NCBI GenBank assembly: GCA_934176955.1 | Contig: CAKPOS010000006.1 | Span: forward strand, 8,566 to 72,565 | Direction of reading: 5' to 3' | Source of the DNA: an uncultured Bacilli bacterium | GTDB lineage: Bacteria; Bacillota_I; Bacilli_A; RF39; UBA660 | Length of the DNA: 64,000 nucleotides | Shown: positions 49,531 through 58,947 of the stretch, one piece after another | How positions within the stretch are numbered: position 1 is the stretch's first letter | Layout: each line of letters opens with the position of its first letter | Made by a program: the position numbers and the translations under genes | Notes under the pieces: generated by a model | Seen by the model: the letters and a program-made list of their open reading frames with translations, nothing else | Databases searched by the model: none | What the model was told of the DNA's origin: nothing

Positions 49531-50229
49531 ATGAAGAAAATAGTATCTAATGTATTGATTGTGTCAACACAATTGATAGTTGGGGGTCTATTTTTGTTTA
49601 TGTTATTTTCAAATAAAACTGAAGATAATAGAGTTGTAGTAGTAGAAAATAATAATTTAGATAAGATGGCTGATGCTGTTTCTGAACTTTTTGAAGTAGA
49701 TCATGTAGTGAATGTAAATCAAGCTGAAGAAGATGCTAAAAAAGAGGAAGAATTAAAATCTGAACAACAAAGAATTGCAGAGGAAGAAAAAAGAAAAGCA
49801 GCAGAAGCTGAAGCGGCTAGAATAGCTCAAGAAGAGGCTAATCGTAAGGCTCAAGAAGAGGCTGCTGCTAAAAAGGCGCAGGAAGAAGAAGCTGCTAGAC
49901 GAGCAGCTGCAGCTAGTAGTACTAGTGTTGAAGTTTTGCAAGCCTATGCTCATGATTTAGTTATTAATTCTTATGGATGGACTGAATCTGATTTTATTTC
50001 CCTTGTTGCTTTATGGAATAGAGAGTCTGGATGGAGAGTTACTGCTAGCAGTGGTAGTGGTGCTTATGGCATTCCTCAAGCTTTGCCAGGTAGTAAGATG
50101 GCGAGTGCTGGTAGTGATTGGGCTACGAATGGGGAAACTCAAATTCGTTGGGGCTTAAATTATATTAAGTCTACTTATGGTAGTCCGTCGGCGGCTTGGG
50201 CAAAGTTTCAAAGTAGTGGTTGGTACTAA
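49531..50229 (+). CDS. membrane-anchored protein with an E/A/K-rich coiled coil and a C-terminal lysozyme-like (Apf/SceD-type transglycosylase-like) domain
   Basis: The C-terminus LVALWNRESGWRVTASSGSGAYGIPQALPGSKMASAGSDWATNGETQIRWGLNYIKSTYGSPSAAWAKFQSSGWY matches the aggregation-promoting-factor type domain. Confidence 0.65.
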   Translation: MKKIVSNVLIVSTQLIVGGLFLFMLFSNKTEDNRVVVVENNNLDKMADAVSELFEVDHVVNVNQAEEDAKKEEELKSEQQRIAEEEKRKAAEAEAARIAQEEANRKAQEEAAAKKAQEEEAARRAAAASSTSVEVLQAYAHDLVINSYGWTESDFISLVALWNRESGWRVTASSGSGAYGIPQALPGSKMASAGSDWATNGETQIRWGLNYIKSTYGSPSAAWAKFQSSGWY

Positions 50230-50320
50230 TATATGTACTATGATATTTAAAGGTAGAGAGTCTTTAGAGGCTTTCTATTTTTTTTAATTTTTGCTATAAT
50301 ATTTAAAGAAATTTGGTGAT

Positions 50321-51121
50321 TTGATGAATGAGTTTAAATTTAAGAAATCTTTAGGACAAAATTTTTTACAGGATAATAATGTTATCCACAAGATTGTGGA
50401 TAGTGCAGAGTTGAATAGGGATACTTTATTGATTGAAATTGGTCCTGGTGGAGGAGCAATTACTAGATATACGGTTTCATTATGTGGACATGCTTTGTTA
50501 TATGAAGCAGATAGTAGGTTAGAAGAAAATTTGAATGAACTTTTAAAAAGTAATGATAATTATTCAATTATTATTGGAGATTTTTTAAAGAGTAATTTAG
50601 AAGATGATATTAAGAAATATGATTATTCTAAAATTTATGTAGTAGCTAATCTTCCTTACTATATTACCACTCCTATTATTCTAAAATTTATCGATAGTGA
50701 TGTTTTACCTGATAAGATGATTGTAATGGTTCAAAAAGAGGTAGCGGCTAGATTGTCTGCATCTGTTGGAAGTCGTGATTATGGTTCTTTAACGGTATTT
50801 TTGAATTATTATTATAATATTAAGAAACTATTTGATGTTAGTAGAAATTGTTTTATGCCTAAGCCTAATGTGGATAGTGCAGTTGTTTGTTTTGAATTAA
50901 AGAAAGAAAGAGAGCAAGTATTAGATATTGCTTTGTTTAAAAGGTTAGTTAAAGATAGTTTTTCTTTTAAGAGAAAGACGCTTCGTAATAATTTAAAGAA
51001 TTATGATTTGAAGATTATTGAAAATGTATTGATGATGTATGGTTTTGATTTAGGGGTAAGGGCAGAAGCTTTGTCTTTAAAGATTTTTGTTGAGATGGCA
51101 AATGCTTTAGTTAAAAAATAA
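50321..51121 (+). CDS. rsmA: 16S rRNA (adenine1518/1519-N6)-dimethyltransferase
   Basis: KSLGQNFL, EIGPGGGAIT and NLPYYITTPI. Confidence 0.9.
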   Translation: MMNEFKFKKSLGQNFLQDNNVIHKIVDSAELNRDTLLIEIGPGGGAITRYTVSLCGHALLYEADSRLEENLNELLKSNDNYSIIIGDFLKSNLEDDIKKYDYSKIYVVANLPYYITTPIILKFIDSDVLPDKMIVMVQKEVAARLSASVGSRDYGSLTVFLNYYYNIKKLFDVSRNCFMPKPNVDSAVVCFELKKEREQVLDIALFKRLVKDSFSFKRKTLRNNLKNYDLKIIENVLMMYGFDLGVRAEALSLKIFVEMANALVKK

Positions 51122-51232
51122 AATACTTATTTTTACTTTGATTTCTGTTAAAGAAGTTTAATAAAGATAAGTATTTTTTGTTTGTGTTGTTCTTTTTTTG
51201 ATTATTATTCATATAGTTAGATGGGTGGTTTT

Positions 51233-51997
51233 ATGATTAGAATCGGGGATTTTGTTACGAGAAAGTCTTATGGGAATGATATTGTATTTAAGGTTGTTGG
51301 AATTGAAGGAAACAATTGTTTTTTGTATGGAAGCTGTATTCGATTGTCTGCGGATAGTCCTCTTCAAGATTTGGTTTTGTATGATAAAGAAATTGATGAT
51401 GATTTTGGTAGTGATTTTAGTGAGTATAAATCTCTTGATCGCCATGAATACTTTTATCTTCCTGGGAAAGTACTTCATATTGATGGGGATTCGGAATTTT
51501 TGTCTAAGTGTATGAATTTTTATAAAAGGAATCGGATTAAAGCTTATGGAGTTTTTTGTTCGGAGAGTGAGTTATCTTCGAAGATTGTTTCTTTTTTGGA
51601 AAAGTATAATCCTGATATTGTAGTGATTACTGGTCATGATTCAATGTACAAAAGAGAGAGAGCTAATGGAAATTATAAGAATACGACAAATTTTGTTGAG
51701 GCAATTCATGAGGCTAGAAAGTATGAAAAATCTCATGAGAAGTTACTGATTATAGCAGGTGCATGCCAATCTAATTATGAGGAATTGATTAAAGCGGGAG
51801 CTAATTTTGCTTCTAGTCCTAAAAGAATTAATATTCATGCATTAGATCCTGCTATTGTTGCTAGTTCTTTAGCTTTATCAGATAAAAATAATAATATTGA
51901 TTTAATTCATATTTTAGAGAAAACGAAATATGGGGCTGATGGAATGGGAGGTATTATTACTAAGGGTACAATGTATGTTGGTTATCCTAGAGAATAG
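51233..51997 (+). CDS. yabG: sporulation-specific peptidase YabG
   Basis: MIRIGDFVTRKSYGNDIVFKV... is a typical YabG N-terminus. Conserved rsmA-yabG-veg order. Confidence 0.85.
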   Translation: MIRIGDFVTRKSYGNDIVFKVVGIEGNNCFLYGSCIRLSADSPLQDLVLYDKEIDDDFGSDFSEYKSLDRHEYFYLPGKVLHIDGDSEFLSKCMNFYKRNRIKAYGVFCSESELSSKIVSFLEKYNPDIVVITGHDSMYKRERANGNYKNTTNFVEAIHEARKYEKSHEKLLIIAGACQSNYEELIKAGANFASSPKRINIHALDPAIVASSLALSDKNNNIDLIHILEKTKYGADGMGGIITKGTMYVGYPRE

Positions 51998-52006
51998 GGG
52001 GTATAT

Positions 52007-52222
52007 ATGACGATTGATGCAATTCGTGATAATATAACAAATCATATGGGTAATGAAATTTCAGTTATTCATAACGAGGGAAGAAATCGTATTTTGGAAT
52101 ATCATGGAAAGGTAGTTGAGGTGTATCATAATATTTTTATTGTTTTAGATAATGGTGGGAAAAAAAGTTTTAGTTATCATGATATTTTGACAGAAACTGT
52201 AAAAATTTCTTTTAAATCGTAA
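52007..52222 (+). CDS. veg: Veg protein
   Basis: SFSYHDILTETVKISF aligns with B. subtilis Veg SYSYADILTETVELTF. Confidence 0.85.
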   Translation: MTIDAIRDNITNHMGNEISVIHNEGRNRILEYHGKVVEVYHNIFIVLDNGGKKSFSYHDILTETVKISFKS

Positions 52223-52320
52223 AATAATGGTAAATAAAGTTAAAAAATATTGACAATTTTATTTTACTTTTATAAAATGTAGTTAGAAAGTAACATTTCT
52301 AGAAGGAGAGTTGATACATA

Positions 52321-52578
52321 ATGAAGATTACTTCAGTTACTGTACACAAGATTGAAAAAGAAAATTCTCGTATGAAAGGAATTGCAGTTGTTACTCTTGA
52401 TGATTGTTTTGTTGTTAAGGGTATTAGAGTTATAGATGGCGATAATGGTTTATTCATTGCAATGCCTAGTAAGACTACTGCTACTGGTGAGCATACTGAT
52501 ATAGCACATCCTATTAATAAGGAAACACGTAAGATGTTCGAAGATGCTATTATTGAAGCTTACAATAACGCTGAATAG
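52321..52578 (+). CDS. spoVG: septation/sporulation protein SpoVG
   Basis: MKITSVTVHKIEKENSRMKGIAVVTLDDCFVVKGIRVIDGDNGLFIAMPS is typical SpoVG. Confidence 0.9.
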   Translation: MKITSVTVHKIEKENSRMKGIAVVTLDDCFVVKGIRVIDGDNGLFIAMPSKTTATGEHTDIAHPINKETRKMFEDAIIEAYNNAE

Positions 52579-52669
52579 AAAATCTTAGGAGACTACTGAT
52601 ATATTTAGTAGTTTCTTTTTTTTGTCATTATTTTTTATTATTAGCATATATCTTATTAGGAGGTACTTT

Positions 52670-52963
52670 ATGGACAAGGTAAAAGAAATGGAGTCTAGTT
52701 TTAATCATGGAATATCGATTGCTGAGAGAAAGAATGTTTTGGTTACAGGGGTAAAGAAGATTGAGAGTTTTGATAAGGAGGAGTTTTTGATGGATACTAC
52801 TTTAGGATTTTTAAGTATTAAAGGAAATGGGTTAGAGATTATAAAGTTGGATACTTATCAAGGAAATGTTACAATTAAGGGAACTGTTGATAGTATTAAT
52901 TATACGGCTAGTGATAACAAAAAGAAATCAGAGGAAAGTTTCCTTTCTAAGTTATTTAAGTAA
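52670..52963 (+). CDS. yabP: sporulation protein YabP
   Basis: VLVTGVKKIESFDKEEFLMDTTLGFLSIKGNGLEI aligns with B. subtilis YabP. ATG 52670 after AGGAGG. Confidence 0.8.
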   Translation: MDKVKEMESSFNHGISIAERKNVLVTGVKKIESFDKEEFLMDTTLGFLSIKGNGLEIIKLDTYQGNVTIKGTVDSINYTASDNKKKSEESFLSKLFK

Positions 52964-53241
52964 TGATTTTAAAGGTGCAGATTATTTCTTTATTATTTTC
53001 TTTTTGTTATGGAATCTTTTTTTATTTATTGTTAGAGTTAAATTCTAAATTTTTATATTCTTCTCATATTATAGTTAGGATAGTAGTTTCTTTTTTGTTT
53101 GTAATGTTTCATACTTTATTATATTTTTTGGTTTTAATGAGAATTAATTATGGTTATCTTCATTTTTATTTCTTTTTATGTATTATTTTGGGGTATATTT
53201 TGTGTAAAGTGGTAATGAAAAAAATTGTAAAGAAGCAATGA
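52963..53241 (+). CDS. yabQ: spore cortex biosynthesis membrane protein YabQ
   Basis: 92-aa multi-TM protein overlapping the yabP stop, in the conserved yabP-yabQ-divIC order. Confidence 0.65.
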   Translation: MILKVQIISLLFSFCYGIFFYLLLELNSKFLYSSHIIVRIVVSFLFVMFHTLLYFLVLMRINYGYLHFYFFLCIILGYILCKVVMKKIVKKQ

Positions 53242-53270
53242 TTATGCTATACTTATTTTAAGATAAGTAG

Positions 53271-53579
53271 GTGATAGAGGTGAAAAAAAGAAGAAAATAT
53301 ACTGTTAAGACAAAGGGTAGAATGTTTGTTATTATTCTTTTTTTTGGTGCAATTATTGCTACTTTAGGATATACTTTTTTTCTTGATTTAGGTCGCATTC
53401 ATGAGATGAAGAAAGAAGAGAAAAGTTTAAATCAGGAAAAAAGCAAGTTACTTGATGAGGAAGAGACAATACAAGCGGATATTAAGAGATTGTCTGATCC
53501 TGAATATATTGCTAGGTATGTAAGAGAGAAGTATATGTATTCTAAGGATGGAGAATTAATTTTAAGAATTGAAGAATAA
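53271..53579 (+). CDS. divIC: septum formation initiator (DivIC/FtsB family)
   Basis: Single TM followed by a coiled coil and ...DPEYIARYVREKYMYSKDGELI. Confidence 0.75.
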   Translation: MIEVKKRRKYTVKTKGRMFVIILFFGAIIATLGYTFFLDLGRIHEMKKEEKSLNQEKSKLLDEEETIQADIKRLSDPEYIARYVREKYMYSKDGELILRIEE

Positions 53580-53612
53580 TATTATTTTATACAATAGAAA
53601 AACTGGTAAGGG

Positions 53613-55541
53613 TTATTCCTTATCAGTTTTCTGTTCTTTATTAGATTTTGTTTCTTTTTTAGAAGAATCTTCATCAGTATTTTTTTCTTCTTCCTTATCT
53701 TCTTCGGTTGGAAGATGTCCTGTTTCTACTAAAGAGTCAATTTGTTCTTTGGTAATGGTTTCTTCTTCTAATAGAGTGTTTGCAATTAAATCTAATAAAT
53801 TTTTATTTTCTTTTAAGATTTTTTTTGTTTTTTCATAGCATTCATTGATGATGCTACGCATTTCTTCGTCTATTTCATGGGCAACGATATCAGATATATT
53901 TCTGTTTTTTGTATAGTCTCTTCCTAAGAAGGTATTTCCTGATGGTTCTTCTAACATCATTGGTCCTAATTTACTCATTCCATATTCGGTTACCATGCTT
54001 CTAGCAATTTTTGTTGCTTTTTTGAAGTCATCGTGAGCACCAGTAGTGATTTCTCCAAATTCGATTTCTTCAGCAACACGGCCACCTAATAAGCCTGAGA
54101 TTGCTTCTAATAGTTCTTGTTTTGTGCTTGTGAATGTTTCTTCTTTTGGTGTCATCATTGTATATCCACCGGCTTGACCTCTTGGAATGATGGTTATTTT
54201 TTGAACATCGTTAGCACCTTCTAATTTAAGACCAACAACGGCGTGTCCTGCTTCATGATAAGCAACTAATTTTTTTTCTTTGTCTGTATATTTTTTTGTT
54301 ACTTTAGCTGGTCCCATGATAACACGGTCGGTTGCTTCGTCAATTTCGCTCATGGTAATTGCTTTTTTTCCTCTTCTTACGGTAAGTAGGGCTGCTTCAT
54401 TTAATAAGTTTTCTAGGTCAGCTCCACTGAAACCTGGTGTTCTTTTAGCAAGATATTCTAAAGTAATATTTTTATCTAATGTTTTATTTTTAGCGTGTAC
54501 TTTTAAAATTTCTAAACGAGCGTTTTTATCTGGTAGTCCAACGGTTACTTGACGGTCAAATCGTCCTGGTCTAAGTAAGGCTGGGTCTAATACGTCTGGA
54601 CGGTTAGTAGCAGCAATTACGATAATTCCTTCATGAGGTCCAAATCCATCCATTTCTGTTAATAATTGGTTTAGGGTTTGTTCTCTTTCATCGTGTCCTC
54701 CACCAAGTCCTGTTCCTCTTTGACGTCCAACTGCATCAATTTCATCAATGAAGATTAAACATGGGGCGTTCATTTTTGCTTGCTTAAACATGTCTCTTAC
54801 ACGAGATGCTCCAATTCCTACGAATAGTTCTACAAAGTCAGAACCACTAATGTAATAGAATGGTACTTTTGCTTCTCCAGCAACTGCTCTGGCAAGTAAG
54901 GTTTTACCTGTTCCTGGGGGACCTACTAGAAGTACTCCTTTTGGTATTCTTGCTCCCATTGCTTGGAATTTCTTTGGATTTTTTAAGAAGTCAATTAATT
55001 CTTTTACTTCTTCTTTTTCTTCTGTTAATCCGGCTACATCTTTGAAGTTAGTTTTTGTTCCTTCTTCTAATAATTTTGCACGAGATTTTCCAAAGTCCAT
55101 TGATTTGTTGTTGCCTCCGATTTGTCTTGTGAATAGCCAGAATGTTGCGCCTACTAGGATTGCTAGTGGAATAATTTCTGTTAATACAGCTAGCCATTCA
55201 GAAGATTCGGGGTCTCTTTCAACATTTAGAGTAAATTTATTTTTATCAGCAGCATCTGTTATTTTAGAGATGAATTCGTCTGATTTTGGTAAAGTTAAAG
55301 TAAATGTTTCATTTTCATCATAATCTTTTAATTTTCCTGTTATTTCATATGTTTCACTTCTTGTTTTTGGAACGATATTTAATTCTTTAATTTCATTACT
55401 ATCTAATTCTTTTATGAATTCATCATAGGTAAAATTGTTTACAGTGGTATTAAAGTTTTGAAATATTAGTAAACATACTATGATAAAACAGAAGAGAAAT
55501 ACATAGGGAAATAATCCTTTTTTTACTGTTTTATTATTCAT
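53613..55541 (-). CDS. ftsH: ATP-dependent zinc metalloprotease FtsH
   Basis: Two TM helices, AAA motif [11 protein letters not shown] and zinc site HEAGHA. The ATG at 55541 overlaps the tilS stop (ATGAATAA) after GGAGGAAAAGA. Confidence 0.95.
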   Translation of the reverse strand: MNNKTVKKGLFPYVFLFCFIIVCLLIFQNFNTTVNNFTYDEFIKELDSNEIKELNIVPKTRSETYEITGKLKDYDENETFTLTLPKSDEFISKITDAADKNKFTLNVERDPESSEWLAVLTEIIPLAILVGATFWLFTRQIGGNNKSMDFGKSRAKLLEEGTKTNFKDVAGLTEEKEEVKELIDFLKNPKKFQAMGARIPKGVLLVGPPGTGKTLLARAVAGEAKVPFYYISGSDFVELFVGIGASRVRDMFKQAKMNAPCLIFIDEIDAVGRQRGTGLGGGHDEREQTLNQLLTEMDGFGPHEGIIVIAATNRPDVLDPALLRPGRFDRQVTVGLPDKNARLEILKVHAKNKTLDKNITLEYLAKRTPGFSGADLENLLNEAALLTVRRGKKAITMSEIDEATDRVIMGPAKVTKKYTDKEKKLVAYHEAGHAVVGLKLEGANDVQKITIIPRGQAGGYTMMTPKEETFTSTKQELLEAISGLLGGRVAEEIEFGEITTGAHDDFKKATKIARSMVTEYGMSKLGPMMLEEPSGNTFLGRDYTKNRNISDIVAHEIDEEMRSIINECYEKTKKILKENKNLLDLIANTLLEEETITKEQIDSLVETGHLPTEEDKEEEKNTDEDSSKKETKSNKEQKTDKE

Positions 55542-56856
55542 TCTTTTCCTCCTTTTCACAGTACTTTAGTATTATATCATAAAATTCTTTTGAATTGCTA
55601 TTAAATTTAGACTTTTTTAGATTTGGTATCCAAATTATTTGGTCATTTGCATCAACTAAAATCGGATAAGTTTCTCGCTTTTCTTTTGGTATTTTTTTTT
55701 CAATAAAAATATCACTTATTTTTTTCTTTCCAGGATTGTTATAAAGGTAGATTTTATCTCCAGGTAATTTTTTCCTGAAGTATAAGGGTAGAGTAATATT
55801 TTTACTGTTTAGTTTACATATATCATTTCCATTTTCTGTGGTTTTATCTATTTTTTTGATGATAATACTTCCAAAGATATTTTCTTTCTGTAAAAGAACT
55901 TTATTGTTAAGGATTGAAGTTTCTTCTGTTTCTTTTATGGTTAATTTGTTGTAATTTTTGATTGCTTTTTTTTGTTTAGGTAAATTTATAGATAAGTTTG
56001 GTGTAGGAGAATTAATGATTTTTAAGATATTATTAATATGATTACTTGTAATAATATTAGGAATATTTTGATAAGTATTATTTAAAATGTTGTAAAGAAT
56101 GTTTTTTTGGATAAAGGGCTTTTCTTGTTTGAATAATTTTAAATTTAGGATATTTTTTTTATAAAGGATAGCCATTTTTTCTTTTACTGTTTCTTCTATA
56201 TAAGTATTATATTCAAGTAAGACTTTTGAATATTTTAAAAATTGTTTATGAATGTCTTTATTTTCTTGTTTTAAAAGTGGAAGAATATTAGCACGAATTC
56301 TATTTCTAGTATAATTGGTGTCTTGATTTGTTTTATCAATAAAATATTCGACATTATTTCTTTGATTATAATCTAATAAATCCTCTTTAGTATAAGAAAG
56401 GAAAGGTCTAATAATGGTATAATCTTTATGTGTGGATATTTCTTTAATACCAGCATATCCTTCTAGATTAGATCCACGATTAATTTTCATGATAATGGTT
56501 TCGATTAAATCATCACCATGGTGTGCTAAAAATAGATAATGGCTATTGTATTTTTGTAATGTTTTTTCATAAAATTGATATCTTTTTTTTCGAGCTTCAT
56601 TTTCAAAGTTATTTTCTTGATAGTTTTCTATTTTATAAGATTCAAAAAGAATATTTTGTTTTTGACAATAATTTTTTAAATATTTTTCTTCCTTTTCACT
56701 TTCTTTTCTTACGTTGTGATTAATGTGACAACAGACAATTCTGTTCTTTGTGTTAGTGATTAAATAGTGGAGAAGGGCCATAGAATCTGGTCCTGCAGAA
56801 CACCCTATAACAATAGTTTCTGTTTCTTCAGGGATAAATTTTTCAATATTAATCAT
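55534..56856 (-). CDS. tilS: tRNA(Ile)-lysidine synthase
   Basis: PP-loop GCSAGPDSMALL; 440 aa. Confidence 0.85.
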   Translation of the reverse strand: MINIEKFIPEETETIVIGCSAGPDSMALLHYLITNTKNRIVCCHINHNVRKESEKEEKYLKNYCQKQNILFESYKIENYQENNFENEARKKRYQFYEKTLQKYNSHYLFLAHHGDDLIETIIMKINRGSNLEGYAGIKEISTHKDYTIIRPFLSYTKEDLLDYNQRNNVEYFIDKTNQDTNYTRNRIRANILPLLKQENKDIHKQFLKYSKVLLEYNTYIEETVKEKMAILYKKNILNLKLFKQEKPFIQKNILYNILNNTYQNIPNIITSNHINNILKIINSPTPNLSINLPKQKKAIKNYNKLTIKETEETSILNNKVLLQKENIFGSIIIKKIDKTTENGNDICKLNSKNITLPLYFRKKLPGDKIYLYNNPGKKKISDIFIEKKIPKEKRETYPILVDANDQIIWIPNLKKSKFNSNSKEFYDIILKYCEKEEKNE

Positions 56857-56971
56857 GATACACCTTCTTTTTTTGTATTATAACATGGAAAGAATTTTTA
56901 GTAAAATTACTATTGCTTTTTTGGTGTCTATGTTGTATCATAAATTTTAATTATTGAGAGGGAGAAAGATT

Positions 56972-57328
56972 ATGTTTGAAAAATATGATATTGATAAATT
57001 GTATATTGGTGAAATAGAGGGATGGATTCCATGGAGTATTGAAAATATAGGTGGAAATATTTCTATTACTGGGGATGATGTTGGAGTTTATCAGACAATT
57101 ATTTATGAGGATAATGGTAGATATATCGATATTTATCATTTAGATAGAATTATTTGCGATATCTCTAAGGGAAATATTAATCATTTATGTTGTTCAATAG
57201 ATTGTTGTTTATATATTTTAAATGGTTCTACTTTGAGAAAATATTCTGATTGTTTACATGATAAAAAAAAGAATAATAAAACTTTACAACGGTTGCCTTT
57301 TAAGAAAAATAGATTGTTGAAAAAGTAG
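56972..57328 (+). CDS. hypothetical Cys-rich protein (118 aa)
   Basis: ATG after GAGAGGGAG. Has ...HLCCSIDCC... and a basic tail. No recognisable family. Confidence 0.5.
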   Translation: MFEKYDIDKLYIGEIEGWIPWSIENIGGNISITGDDVGVYQTIIYEDNGRYIDIYHLDRIICDISKGNINHLCCSIDCCLYILNGSTLRKYSDCLHDKKKNNKTLQRLPFKKNRLLKK

Positions 57329-57421
57329 GAATGAAGTACTTATTTGTTTGTTTTTTATTAATGTAGTTAAGAGACAAGTAAGTATTTTTTGCATAAGATA
57401 TCATTGAAAAAATGATTGACA
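57271..57421 (+). repeat. direct repeat copy A (~150 bp: gene 3' end + hairpin + TTGACA)
   Basis: Roughly 85-90 percent identical by eye to 58167-58317. Weaker homology extends upstream to ~57190. Confidence 0.75.
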
Positions 57422-57582
57422 GTTACTACGCAGCCTTAAATAATTAAATTTAGTGATACAAACGTATTTTTGTAGTATAATGAATATGTGAGATACGACT
57501 ACCTTAAGCAGTTAGTCAAATGTATCTCGCTTTTTTATTAGTTTTATATTATAATTGTAATAAGCTTGAGGTAGTGATAGAT

Positions 57583-57795
57583 ATGAGTAAATATAGTAAT
57601 GACATATACAGAATGTATGAAAAAGAATTTAACAAAAATGAAAAATTACCTCAAAATTTTTATAGTGATGTAACATACAATAATGATATCAAAATGCTTA
57701 TCGTTTCATTAGAAAATTATTATAATCTTCCATATAATAAGATTAGAGAATTTATAAGTGATGTTACTAAAGGTATTATTTCAATAGCTGAGTAG
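57583..57795 (+). CDS. hypothetical protein (70 aa)
   Basis: ATG 57583 after GAGGTAG: MSKYSNDIYRMYEKEFNKNEK... Confidence 0.45.
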   Translation: MSKYSNDIYRMYEKEFNKNEKLPQNFYSDVTYNNDIKMLIVSLENYYNLPYNKIREFISDVTKGIISIAE

Positions 57796-57801
57796 TAACG
57801 A

Positions 57802-57830
57802 TTGACAAATAATATAAGTATACCTATAAT
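57802..57830 (+). promoter_or_regulatory. consensus sigma-A promoter module, copy 1
   Basis: TTGACA-17 nt-TATAAT. The whole ~47-bp module including the AGGTGA RBS is repeated at 58312-58356. Confidence 0.6.
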
Positions 57831-57851
57831 TAATTTTATGAGGTGACAAAG

Positions 57852-58022
57852 ATGTATGAAGAAAATGAGATCGAAAGGATACGAAAAGATATATATAAAG
57901 ATATGTGGGAAAAAAAGCAAAGAGAAACAGATTTTTCTAAAAGTTGGATTGGGAGAAGAAAGATGAAAGTTAAGAATGCGAGGGAAAAGCAAAGTTTTCT
58001 AAAATGGAGTCGTATGAGATAA
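57852..58022 (+). CDS. hypothetical basic small protein (56 aa)
   Basis: MYEENEIERIRKDIYKDMWEKKQRETDFSKSWIGRRKMKVKNAREKQSFLKWSRMR. AGGTGA lies 5 nt upstream. Below the ORF-track cutoff. Confidence 0.4.
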   Translation: MYEENEIERIRKDIYKDMWEKKQRETDFSKSWIGRRKMKVKNAREKQSFLKWSRMR

Positions 58023-58086
58023 GGATATCTTTTTTTGAGGGCAAAGAAACAAGATGTCTTTAATATGTGCTAAAAAAATAATTTTA

Positions 58087-58215
58087 TTGTTCTATTGGTT
58101 GATATATTTTAAATTCATTACTTAAAAGGGGAAGGGTATTTTAATTTTTTATTTAACAGGAAGAAAGATAATAAGATTTTATAATGGTTGCTTTTTAAAA
58201 AAATAAATCGTTGAA
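58087..58215 (+). pseudogene. degraded paralogous remnant of the 3' end of the 56972-57328 gene
   Basis: Nucleotide similarity to 57190-57328, but interrupted by stops. Confidence 0.4.
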
Positions 58216-58317
58216 AAAGTAGGGATAAAGTACTTATTTGTTTGCTTTTTTATTAATGTGGTGAGGGTACAAGTAAGTATTTTTTGCATAAGATATCATT
58301 GAAAAAATTGATTGACA
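58167..58317 (+). repeat. direct repeat copy B
   Basis: Matches 57271-57421, including the hairpin AAGTACTTATTTG...CAAGTAAGTATTTTTT and GATATCATTGAAAAAATTGATTGACA. Confidence 0.75.
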
Positions 58318-58340
58318 AATAATATAAATATATCTATAAT
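58312..58340 (+). promoter_or_regulatory. consensus sigma-A promoter module, copy 2
   Basis: TTGACA (58312-58317), 17 nt, TATAAT (58335-58340). Confidence 0.6.
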
Positions 58341-58367
58341 TGTGTTTACGAGGTGAAGATAAATAAA

Positions 58368-58841
58368 ATGGAACAAAATGACCTGATATCTTTTACATCT
58401 GTAATAGCAGGTATGCTTTTATGTAAAAGAATTCTTACTTCTAGTGAAATTGTAAATTTTATTAGTGAGTTGAATTGTGAAGGTATGGAAATAGATGATT
58501 ATTGGAATAATGAAGAATTATTTCCAATAGTAAATATGGATAGTAATTATTCTTTTCGATTAAGAGATGACTTTTCTTATGATACTGTTCTTCCATGTGG
58601 GATAACTGTTCGAGATTTTTTATATCGAAATACAGATAAGAGAGTATTAAGTGTTATTTATGGAAATCAGAAATATAGTGAGATGTATTTGAAAAATTAT
58701 TGTTTGAGCAATTGTGCTGACAATGATAATCAAAAATCATCTTTAGAAGTTTTTTATTTAGATGGTTCAGAAGAGAAAAAATCACTTCCCAAGGTAAAAA
58801 AAAGAAGTTTTCTTTATTCTTTGTGGGCAGGAATTCATTGA
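58368..58841 (+). CDS. hypothetical protein (157 aa)
   Basis: MEQNDLISFTSVIAGMLLCKRIL... No recognisable family. A terminator hairpin AATGACATT...AAATGTCATTTTTTT follows. Confidence 0.5.
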   Translation: MEQNDLISFTSVIAGMLLCKRILTSSEIVNFISELNCEGMEIDDYWNNEELFPIVNMDSNYSFRLRDDFSYDTVLPCGITVRDFLYRNTDKRVLSVIYGNQKYSEMYLKNYCLSNCADNDNQKSSLEVFYLDGSEEKKSLPKVKKRSFLYSLWAGIH

Positions 58842-58947
58842 AATGACATTAGTTTTTGCTAAATGTCATTTTTTTGTCGTTTTTTTCCTTTATTTTTAAG
58901 AAAAAGTTTGATACAATGTATTTTGTAGGAAATAAAGGTGAGTATAA

